A stretch of DNA of 64,000 bases from a virus, in IMG/VR virus record IMGVR_UViG_3300046468_002660, one strand, 5' to 3'. Below are positions 8,797 through 17,030 of the stretch, in pieces. A program made the translations under genes and the position numbers. Each line of letters starts with the position of its first letter. The stretch's first letter is position 1. The notes beneath the pieces were generated by a model, which did not search any database, was not told where the DNA came from, and saw only the letters and a program-made list of their open reading frames with translations.

Positions 8797-10755
8797 ATGT
8801 TTAATTTACGAATAGTCAAAGAATCTGATTTTATAGAGATTGATTTACCAGAAAGCGTCCACGAAGGCAAAAAAACTGGCTTTAAATATATCTTTAATCA
8901 CGTTCAAGATTTTGAAAAAGAAATTGTTATAGCTCCTCATTACAACGAAACTTATATCAGCTTAGAGTTATTTAAATTAGCAATTCATTGCAAAAAAAAT
9001 AAAGTAAAGATTACTTCAATTGGTTCAATGAATCAATTTACTTTTTTTGGAACCTTTTCGGACGAAGTTATTTGTTTAAAAGACACGCACTTGCATAATA
9101 TTTATGCTAGTAACTATTCTTCTTTTGGAACTGATGGTAGTTATTTCCATAAAATTCCAAACTACGTTGATATTTACAAAGGAGGTATGGATATGAATGC
9201 TTTTCCAGAAGCTAATCAAATTTCTATTGATGAAGTCATAGAAGCTTTCACCTTCCCTCCTTTATATGTAAGAGATTCTACTTTTAATTATTTTAATTCT
9301 CTAGATTTACCTTCTGATATTATTTATTGTGAAATTAAAAATAATTTTTATCCAAAACTTTTAAATTTTATTAAAAATAACTTTCCAGATGCTATTGGTG
9401 TAGACAAGTCTTTTCAAAGATCTTTACTAAAAGAAGCTAAAGATCATTTCATGGGGGTTCAGTTATTAGCTAGTTTATATAAAGGTTGGCAATTTATAGC
9501 TGCAGGAGGCTCTGTAAATTTGTTTAATGTATTACCTGTTAGACCTCTGCTTTTCCTAGAAAACTCTAGCGACTTAACAGATGATTTTGTTAAAGCGGCT
9601 AAATCTTTTGGTTCCTCAAGGTACAATGCAAATCCTATTTTAATTAACTTTAGCCCAAGAATAATGTTAAGTGAAGTTGATGAAGCTCAAGATTATTCGA
9701 TGAATAGCGTTGATTTTAATAGTTTAAAAAGTCAGATAGGTAAAGCCTTTGACCAAGCAAAAACTTTGAACACGGTTCGTGTTCGAGAAAATACCATTAC
9801 GAGCAAACTTGCATCTAAAAAAGTTACGTTTGATAATGAAATAAAGATAAAAATAAACAACAAAGTCATTAATTGGATATTTCAATATCATCATGATTAT
9901 AATTTTTTTAAAAAAAATATATTAGAATGGGCGCTTGAAGACGCAGGCTTTGATTTCTCAAACGAAGATCCTGATTTCACTGTAGGGGTTTACATTAATG
10001 ACCAAAATACTTTTGATAAAATAAACTCTTTGTCTTCGCAAAAGTTTTTGCTTTCTGCGGAATCTCATACTCGCCACCCTGTGTTAGATAATTGCCATAG
10101 TTTTGTTCAAGATGCTCGACCTAATGACGACTTATCTTATATAAAATACGCTCCAACAATGTGCTGCTGGTCTCCACCTTTTAAGAAAAGTTCTAAATTT
10201 TTAAACATTTTAAATATGTTTTCAGATAATTTTACTTTTGTTTCTGCTTTAGATAGTGGTAGGTATAGCTGGAGAAACGATTTAATTAATAATTTAAAGT
10301 CTAAATTATCTAACAAATTAGACGTTTTTGGTGGATTGAGTAATCGTCACTTAGGTGGTTACCACTGTAACACAAACAGTAATTTTCTAAACGAAAAATA
10401 TGAATCCTTGTTACCTTATCTTTTTGGCGTAGCAATTGAAAATGATACTGCAAAATTTTCAAAAGAAGAATATATAACAGAAAAAGTTACCGATCCTATT
10501 TTATGTGAAACTATTCCAATTTGCTCTAGCGCTCCGAATCTTGATCGTTATTTTTTTGATGGGAGTTATATTTTATATGAAGACTTTGAGAATTTAGATT
10601 TTGCAAATCTCAAAAACGAATATCTAATGCGTAGAGATCAAATTTTAAAACAAAAAGAATTCATAAGAACTTCTTTAAATGTTTTTAGTTATTTTAATAA
10701 GTTAAGTAACGATTTGTCTTTATTAAATAAGACTCGTCCCATTACTTTGCGATGA
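8797..10755 (+). CDS. Multidomain protein with C-terminal GT10 (alpha-1,3/4-fucosyltransferase)-like domain
   Basis: KYESLLPYLFGVAIEN...EYITEKVTDPI..ETIPI matches the GT10 motif. Confidence 0.6.
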   Translation: MFNLRIVKESDFIEIDLPESVHEGKKTGFKYIFNHVQDFEKEIVIAPHYNETYISLELFKLAIHCKKNKVKITSIGSMNQFTFFGTFSDEVICLKDTHLHNIYASNYSSFGTDGSYFHKIPNYVDIYKGGMDMNAFPEANQISIDEVIEAFTFPPLYVRDSTFNYFNSLDLPSDIIYCEIKNNFYPKLLNFIKNNFPDAIGVDKSFQRSLLKEAKDHFMGVQLLASLYKGWQFIAAGGSVNLFNVLPVRPLLFLENSSDLTDDFVKAAKSFGSSRYNANPILINFSPRIMLSEVDEAQDYSMNSVDFNSLKSQIGKAFDQAKTLNTVRVRENTITSKLASKKVTFDNEIKIKINNKVINWIFQYHHDYNFFKKNILEWALEDAGFDFSNEDPDFTVGVYINDQNTFDKINSLSSQKFLLSAESHTRHPVLDNCHSFVQDARPNDDLSYIKYAPTMCCWSPPFKKSSKFLNILNMFSDNFTFVSALDSGRYSWRNDLINNLKSKLSNKLDVFGGLSNRHLGGYHCNTNSNFLNEKYESLLPYLFGVAIENDTAKFSKEEYITEKVTDPILCETIPICSSAPNLDRYFFDGSYILYEDFENLDFANLKNEYLMRRDQILKQKEFIRTSLNVFSYFNKLSNDLSLLNKTRPITLR

Positions 10756-11162
10756 AATTTAAGACTTTATTTGGGGCAACCAAAAGAGTTTCAAAAATAA
10801 AAAATCATTTAATTGATTGGGATGAAAAAAGTAGGAGTAAGTTTCAATTTAATGTTAAAAAATTTTTAGAACCTTATTGGTCTAGACATGTTGTTTTTGA
10901 AGAGTTTCCAATTGTTGGAACCAAGATGTCTTTAGATTTTTTTAACGCAAATAAAAAAGTTGCTATTGAAGTACAAGGGGGTCAGCATACTAAATATGTT
11001 CCGTATTTTCATGGGGGGCACAAAGTGAATTACTTATCTCAACTTGAAAGAGATCATAACAAATTAAAGTTTTGTGAATTAAATGATATTTTGTTAATTG
11101 AAATATATGAAAAAGATATATTAAGTGAAGATTTTTTTGAAAAACAAGGTTTATCGCTTTAA
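10752..11162 (+). CDS. DUF559/Vsr-like endonuclease
   Basis: EEFP...LDFF...VAIEVQGGQH...QLERD..K...C...I.LIEI. Confidence 0.75.
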   Translation: MKFKTLFGATKRVSKIKNHLIDWDEKSRSKFQFNVKKFLEPYWSRHVVFEEFPIVGTKMSLDFFNANKKVAIEVQGGQHTKYVPYFHGGHKVNYLSQLERDHNKLKFCELNDILLIEIYEKDILSEDFFEKQGLSL

Positions 11163-11168
11163 TATAAA

Positions 11169-11174
11169 GTGTAT
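11169..11174 (+). promoter_or_regulatory. GTGTA(A/T) upstream motif (first of ~15 copies; putative phage-specific promoter)
   Basis: Same motif at 15119, 15274, 23781, 28331(-), 28372, 34183, 35823, 38763, 40193, 41371, 45891, 57015, 60063(-), 63402; mostly 14-15 nt before a start codon. Confidence 0.7.
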
Positions 11175-11182
11175 ATAAATAT

Positions 11183-11437
11183 ATGAATAATATTGATCCA
11201 GAAAATTTAGAAACTTTTCACATTCCAGAAAGTATTTTAAATGAACTTTTTGAACTAACAGGTGAATCAGAATCTAACAGAGGGTTTTTATTAGCTTGTG
11301 TCGGTCAAGATGGTCGCCCTTTTATTTACAACAAAACAGCAACGCAGGTCGTAGAGCTAGGAATTAGAAAAGCTGTTGAAGAATACTTGGTTAATCTCTC
11401 TGAAGGAGATAGCTTAGATTTTCTTTCTGATCAGTAA
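11183..11437 (+). CDS. Hypothetical acidic protein
   Basis: 84-aa ORF preceded by GTGTA motif. Confidence 0.75.
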   Translation: MNNIDPENLETFHIPESILNELFELTGESESNRGFLLACVGQDGRPFIYNKTATQVVELGIRKAVEEYLVNLSEGDSLDFLSDQ

Positions 11438-11441
11438 GTTG

Positions 11442-11470
11442 TTGACATACCACCCATAATGTGGTATTAT
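11442..11470 (+). promoter_or_regulatory. sigma70-type promoter (leaderless) for dnaB
   Basis: TTGACA-N17-TATTAT with extended TG; ATG 7 nt downstream. Confidence 0.8.
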
Positions 11471-11477
11471 CGGTTTC

Positions 11478-13010
11478 ATGAAGCTTTTTGATTTAAATCA
11501 AGAAAGAGTTCTGCTGGCGGGAATTTTTTCTAACTCGGATTATTTCCAAACAGAAATTGCTAATTTCATTAGCGAAAAAGATTTTTATTCTAAAGATTCG
11601 GTAGTCAATAAAACTATTTATACAAGAATAAAAGCTTTATTAGACATTGATAAAGTTATAGATATAGCTTTATTAGCTCACCATCTAAATTCTTTAAAAC
11701 TTTCTTTTCAAGATAACATTACTGTCAGTCAATACCTTGAATCTTTAGATCTTTTATCTCAAAATGTTTCAGAATCTGCGCTTCAGAACGCAGCTGAAGT
11801 CGTCAAGCTTTTAAGCATCAGGAGGGAGTTGTCCGAAGTAGGTCAAAATATTACTACGAAAATGCAATCCTTAGATTCTACTGCTTCGTATGATGATATT
11901 ATCAATGCTTGTGATTCTATTTACAACAATCAAATTGAGTTGTATGAAAACACTTCAGGTAAAGCAGTGAATCTTTTTGATATAATGCCTGATTTAATTA
12001 ATCAGAGAGCTAATGACCGATCAATTTATAAAGATGCGGGACCAATGGGTCCGCATCCAACTTTAAATGCTTTATGTGGCTCACTAACTAAGGGTGGTCA
12101 AATCACAGTTATTTGTGCTGGTTCGGGTGTAGGAAAAACGCAATTCACAACTCATTACTGTATGTATGTAGCAGGAAAACACAATATTCCTATTCTTCAT
12201 TTAGATAATGGAGAGATGAGCGAAGAAGAAATAGTCTTCCGAATGGCGGCTTCATATTCTAGAGTTCCTTTGCATTTAATAGAGAGTGGTGACTGGGCAG
12301 ACGATTCGACTTGCAGAGAGAGGGTTACTAATGCTCTAGATAAAATATCTTCAGGAAAAATTCGCTACGATTATTATAATGTTGGAGGTAAAAATATTGA
12401 CGAAATCTTAACTTACGTCAGGAGGTATTATTACTCTCAAGTTGGCAGGGGTAACAAGTTGATCATTAACTTTGATTATATTAAATCTAGTTTTGAAATG
12501 ACTAATAAATTTAAAACAGAATATCAAGTTGTTGGAGAAGTTGTAGATAAATTTAAAAAAGTTATACAGAGAGATTTAGTTTTTGAGGGTAGACCTCAAG
12601 TTTCTTTAATGACCAGTGTTCAAGCTAATAGAATAGGTACAGTAGGCAACCGAAATTCTGATGCTGTAGTTGACGATGAAAGTGTTATCTCTTTAAGTCA
12701 TCGAATAAAACAATTTTGCTCTCATTTATTGATACTTAGAAACAAGACCGTGGATGAAATGCAGTGGGATCCTGTTTTTTGTGGGCGACATATAATGAAG
12801 ATTGAAAAAGCTCGCACTTATGGAGCTGATTTTGCTAGAGCGCAAAATTTAGTTGAACTGCAAGACGGATCTCAGCGCAGAAACTATATTAATTTTGAAT
12901 TTGACAATTTTAAAATTATAGATAAAGGAGACTTGGTCGATCTTGACAGACAAGCTCGTTCAATTAATTCTCTTGCTGGAAACAATGAAGGAGATGATCT
13001 TCCGATATAA
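11478..13010 (+). CDS. dnaB: DnaB-like replicative helicase
   Basis: N-terminal ERVLLAGI; Walker A AGSGVGKT; NGEMSEEEI; FDYI; QANR; KAR. Confidence 0.9.
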   Translation: MKLFDLNQERVLLAGIFSNSDYFQTEIANFISEKDFYSKDSVVNKTIYTRIKALLDIDKVIDIALLAHHLNSLKLSFQDNITVSQYLESLDLLSQNVSESALQNAAEVVKLLSIRRELSEVGQNITTKMQSLDSTASYDDIINACDSIYNNQIELYENTSGKAVNLFDIMPDLINQRANDRSIYKDAGPMGPHPTLNALCGSLTKGGQITVICAGSGVGKTQFTTHYCMYVAGKHNIPILHLDNGEMSEEEIVFRMAASYSRVPLHLIESGDWADDSTCRERVTNALDKISSGKIRYDYYNVGGKNIDEILTYVRRYYYSQVGRGNKLIINFDYIKSSFEMTNKFKTEYQVVGEVVDKFKKVIQRDLVFEGRPQVSLMTSVQANRIGTVGNRNSDAVVDDESVISLSHRIKQFCSHLLILRNKTVDEMQWDPVFCGRHIMKIEKARTYGADFARAQNLVELQDGSQRRNYINFEFDNFKIIDKGDLVDLDRQARSINSLAGNNEGDDLPI

Positions 13011-14059
13011 TGAACTCTAATGAAATTGAGAACCTATTGAGTGATTTAGGTTACAAACTTTACGATAGAGGCTCTTATTGGCAAAGTGCTGCTCTTTATA
13101 GAGGAGGCGACAACCCTAATGCCCTACAAATATACAAAGACTCAGGTGTTTGGAAAGATTATGTTTCTGGAGGAAGTTTTGCTCCACTTGCGTTATTAAT
13201 AAAAAAAACTATAGGTGATAAAGAATTCAACAAGTTAAATCTAGATGAAGCTATTACTAAAGCAGCTGAGTACACACCCAAAGAGCTGTCCGTCATTTCT
13301 CTAGAAAAAACTTTTTCAAAAAATGATTTAGATAACTTATTGCCTCACTATTCTTTTTACAATAAACGTGGTATTTCAGATGACACCCTTCTTTTCTTTA
13401 AATCTGGCATGTGTACTTCAGGCTCAATGTATCAAAGATACGTTTTCCCTATCTTTAATAAATTTCAACAAGTGCATGGCGTAGCAGGGAGAGATATGAG
13501 TAACGCTTCAAACCGACCAAAATGGAAGCATATGGGAAAGAAAACGAGCTGGGCTTACCCTTTGTACTCTACAAATTCTCAAGGCAATTATCCTATTTTA
13601 GATAGTATTTTAATATCTTCTGAAGTTATCCTCGTTGAAAGCATTGGTGATATGCTATCTCTTTACGAAAAGGGGTATAAAAATGTTTTGGTTACTTTTG
13701 GTTTAGATATATCATCGAATCTTTTAACAATTCTAATGGGTTTAAATATTCAAACAGTTCACCTCTGTTTTAATAATGATTTAAATTGTGCTGGACAAAA
13801 CGCTGCAGTAAAGAATTTCTTAAAGCTTTTAAATTATTTTGATTCAAGTTGTTTAAATATTGCGCTACCAACTAAAAATGATTTTGGGGAAATGAGCGGT
13901 GAAGATTACAATTATTGGGAGAATAAAAAAAATAAAAACCTCTCTAGTAATAATCTAATATGCGAACATGTTTTAAAGATTTCTAAAAATTTATTTTCAA
14001 AAAATAAAATTTCTAAAAATCTTTTTAAGAATATTAAAAAATTATCTTGCTATGAATAA
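13010..14059 (+). CDS. dnaG: DnaG-like primase (TOPRIM)
   Basis: KRGIS, RYVFPI, GVAGR, PKWKH, LVESIGD, NDFGEM; coupled to dnaB by TAATG overlap. Confidence 0.85.
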   Translation: MNSNEIENLLSDLGYKLYDRGSYWQSAALYRGGDNPNALQIYKDSGVWKDYVSGGSFAPLALLIKKTIGDKEFNKLNLDEAITKAAEYTPKELSVISLEKTFSKNDLDNLLPHYSFYNKRGISDDTLLFFKSGMCTSGSMYQRYVFPIFNKFQQVHGVAGRDMSNASNRPKWKHMGKKTSWAYPLYSTNSQGNYPILDSILISSEVILVESIGDMLSLYEKGYKNVLVTFGLDISSNLLTILMGLNIQTVHLCFNNDLNCAGQNAAVKNFLKLLNYFDSSCLNIALPTKNDFGEMSGEDYNYWENKKNKNLSSNNLICEHVLKISKNLFSKNKISKNLFKNIKKLSCYE

Positions 14060-15113
14060 AGTCAGGTTATCAGCTAGTCGAATTTCAACTGCCGAAAAAT
14101 GCTCGTGGGTTTATTGGTGCAAGTATGTTAATCATATTCCCGATTCTTCGAACACGGGAGCTTCAAGAGGTAGCGTGTGTCATAATATATTTGAATACCT
14201 TGGAAAAGACAGGCACAACAAACACTATAAAAGCATTCTATCTAAGGGTTCTATTAAAGGATCTAAAGCTGTAGATAAACTTGTTCAGACCCAAGCGTCC
14301 CAACAAGACCCAAAAGTTAATTCAGAAGAAGACCTTAGCTTGATAGATGAATTTATAGTTAATGGTTTAGCTTATGATTTCTATGGAAAAGATAAGGAAG
14401 AACCTTTTAAAGCTTTTTCTGAGCAAACTTTTGATATTCAAATCGATGATGGTGATAAGAATTATTATATATATGGATTTATTGATAAATTATTTTTATA
14501 TGATAAAGGAAAAAGGGCTGTAATTAGAGATTTTAAAACTAGTAAAAAAGTTTATGTTGGTTCTGAAATCACAGATAATTTACAGAATTTAATTTATTGT
14601 CTAGCGGTTAAAAAGATGTATCCAAATTGCAAAGAACTTCAAACTGAATTTTTGTTTTTAAAATTTAATTTAGAAGAAGATTTACTAGGCTTACCAGGGG
14701 AAGGTGTTTTAAAAATGGACCCAATGTCCTTAGATGAATTAGAAGGTTTTGAATACCACTTAACAGAGATTCAATCATATTTAGATAATTTTGATTATAA
14801 TACGGCTTGCTCTAATTTCGCAGCTGACCAACCTTACCCTGAAGATAAAAGTTTTTCTGGGCCATTATCGTGCGGTTTCGCTAAAGAGCCAGGTCAATTA
14901 AAAAAAGATGGGACTCCTATGTGGCATTGTAATTATAAATTTCCTTTTTATTATTTCGCTTTAAAAAGCAAAGATGGAACTTTAATAAAATCAGTAAAAG
15001 AAGAAGAAGAGCATAAGTTAGTAGCTGATAAAGATGCAGGTGAATATATTGAAAAATTACATTATGAAGGCTGCCCAAAATTTAATGTTAAAAATAATGA
15101 TCTGGATTTGTAA
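14052..15113 (+). CDS. PD-(D/E)XK exonuclease, RecB/Cas4-like
   Basis: LSASRI...C; GSVCH; GFIDKL...IRDFKTSK; Q..IY; C-terminal Cys residues (possible Fe-S). Confidence 0.85.
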   Translation: MNKVRLSASRISTAEKCSWVYWCKYVNHIPDSSNTGASRGSVCHNIFEYLGKDRHNKHYKSILSKGSIKGSKAVDKLVQTQASQQDPKVNSEEDLSLIDEFIVNGLAYDFYGKDKEEPFKAFSEQTFDIQIDDGDKNYYIYGFIDKLFLYDKGKRAVIRDFKTSKKVYVGSEITDNLQNLIYCLAVKKMYPNCKELQTEFLFLKFNLEEDLLGLPGEGVLKMDPMSLDELEGFEYHLTEIQSYLDNFDYNTACSNFAADQPYPEDKSFSGPLSCGFAKEPGQLKKDGTPMWHCNYKFPFYYFALKSKDGTLIKSVKEEEEHKLVADKDAGEYIEKLHYEGCPKFNVKNNDLDL

Positions 15114-15291
15114 TTTATGTGTAATTATAGCTGATGAATCATCACGCTAATAATTCATATAAAATAATCCCTACACAAACCTATTTGGGGTGACCAAGAA
15201 CTTTTTAATTGGTGTTATATTTTTTTGTATGAAGTTAGAAGCAATTTAAAAATTAAATAATATTTTATTCATTGTGTATTTAAATATAGCA

Positions 15292-15600
15292 ATGAAGTTA
15301 ATAATTGATTCAACTCTCTGTGAGCCCCCTAGCGAGATTTATCCTTTTAGAGATGTAACTTTATATGCAAAAACATATATATTCGATGATGTTCTACTGC
15401 GATGCAAAGAAGGTACTCGTAGTTCATATTGGGAATGGTTAAAAAAATATGGAGCTCATGATTTTATTTCTGATTTAATAAAAGAAGCTGATCAAGAACA
15501 TGGTTTTTTAATAGCTTCTAAAAAAGCTAATTTAAACATCAAAAAAATTTCTTATACTAATTTAAATTTTATCATTTCGGTGTTAAAATCTGTCAGATAA
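15292..15600 (+). CDS. Hypothetical protein
   Basis: ORF; ATG 15292 follows the GTGTA motif at 15274. Confidence 0.7.
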   Translation: MKLIIDSTLCEPPSEIYPFRDVTLYAKTYIFDDVLLRCKEGTRSSYWEWLKKYGAHDFISDLIKEADQEHGFLIASKKANLNIKKISYTNLNFIISVLKSVR

Positions 15601-15603
15601 AAC

Positions 15604-15632
15604 TTGACTTTCACTCTGTTTTCTGTTACAGT
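15604..15632 (+). promoter_or_regulatory. sigma70-type promoter for the polymerase cluster
   Basis: TTGACT-N17-TACAGT with extended TG; ATG 15644 11 nt downstream. Confidence 0.65.
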
Positions 15633-15643
15633 TGGTTCTGTTT

Positions 15644-16402
15644 ATGTTACCTTTATTTAAATCTCATTACAGTATAGGAAAAAGTATATTGACACTTAAT
15701 CCGCCAGGAGCTTCTAAAGAAGAAGGTTCTGATTCAATCTTTGATATTTTAATCGAAAATAATCTTAAAAAATTAGTTTTAGTTGAAGATGCTCCCACGG
15801 GTTTTCTTCAAGCTAGAAAAATATGCTTCGAAGAAGGCGTTCATCTAATTTTTGGGCTACGCTTGAAGTTAAAATGCTTTGAAGAAGATGACTCGCCAAC
15901 ATCTAACCACAAAGTTATTATTTTTGCTAAGAATGACGAAGGTTGTAAAAAACTTAATTTAATCTACAGTGAAATACATTGCAAGCACAATGGCTTAGGG
16001 AATTATAAACTCTTAAAGAAGTTTTGGAGCGAGAAAGATCTCATGTTAGCCGTTCCATTTTATGATTCTTTTTTATTTGAAAATAGTTTTTCTTTTGCTA
16101 GCTGTCTTCCAGATTTTTCTTTTTGCTCTCCATTATTTTTTATAGAAGAGAATGGGTTGCCCGTAGATTTTTTGCTTAAAAATCTTGTCAAAGAGTATTG
16201 TGATACATACAAGTATAAAACTCAAGCAGCTAAGAGTATTTTTTATAAAAACAGAATCGATGCCGATGCGCTTCAAACTTACAAATGTATTTGCAATAGA
16301 GGTTTTTCAAGAAACACATCTTTATCAAAACCTAATTTAGACGGCTTTGGAAGTAGAAATTTTTGCATTGAAAGCTGGAAGGAGGCTTGTAATGAACTCT
16401 AA
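15644..16402 (+). CDS. Stand-alone PHP domain of DNA polymerase III alpha
   Basis: KSHYSIGKS, LVED...G, IFGLRL, IIFAKNDEGCKKL resemble the DnaE N-terminal PHP domain; adjacent to dnaE core. Confidence 0.8.
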   Translation: MLPLFKSHYSIGKSILTLNPPGASKEEGSDSIFDILIENNLKKLVLVEDAPTGFLQARKICFEEGVHLIFGLRLKLKCFEEDDSPTSNHKVIIFAKNDEGCKKLNLIYSEIHCKHNGLGNYKLLKKFWSEKDLMLAVPFYDSFLFENSFSFASCLPDFSFCSPLFFIEENGLPVDFLLKNLVKEYCDTYKYKTQAAKSIFYKNRIDADALQTYKCICNRGFSRNTSLSKPNLDGFGSRNFCIESWKEACNEL

Positions 16403-17030
16403 TTTACTTAGATTTAATAAAGATAAAAAGTTTCTAGTATTTGATTACGAAACTTGTAGCTTAAATTTGTCTTCGCCAGACAACAAACCTTGGCAACTAG
16501 CTTTTTTAGTCTGTTCTCATAAAGAAGTTGAAGAAAGGCATGACTTTTATCTTAAATGGGATGATTTGAAAATTTCTGATGGAGCTAAGCAAGTAACTGG
16601 ATTCAAAGAATCTGTTTATAAAAAACGTGCTGTAGATCCACTAGAAGTTTTAGATTTATTTGAAAGCTACTTTTACAATGAAGAATATTATATTGTTGGC
16701 CACAACATAATTGGGTTTGACATTTACATTCACAATATTCACCGCTTGTTATGTAAAAAATCTTCGGATTTTTCTTATTTAAATCGATTAATAGACACTA
16801 ACTGTCTAGCTAAAGCTAACGCTTTAAATATTGAATACGACTCAAGCGATCTTACGTTATGGCAATTCAAGCTTCAAAAAATAAAACAAAGAGGACTAAA
16901 AACTAATTTAAAATCGTTATGTCAAAAATATAAAATTGATTTTGATGAAGCGAAATTACATGATGCACTTTATGATATTGAGCAAAACTTTAAAGTTTTT
17001 AAATCTATGATATGGGAGTCTAATATATGA
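16392..17030 (+). CDS. DEDDh 3'-5' exonuclease (DnaQ/epsilon-like)
   Basis: VFDYETC, GHNIIGFD, IDT, LHDALYD; GGAGG upstream of ATG 16392. Confidence 0.9.
   Translation: MNSNLLRFNKDKKFLVFDYETCSLNLSSPDNKPWQLAFLVCSHKEVEERHDFYLKWDDLKISDGAKQVTGFKESVYKKRAVDPLEVLDLFESYFYNEEYYIVGHNIIGFDIYIHNIHRLLCKKSSDFSYLNRLIDTNCLAKANALNIEYDSSDLTLWQFKLQKIKQRGLKTNLKSLCQKYKIDFDEAKLHDALYDIEQNFKVFKSMIWESNI

Noticed and set aside
14052-15113. Cas4 as evidence of a CRISPR-Cas system
   Set aside because: No cas1/cas2 or array; it lies in the replication block like typical phage exonucleases
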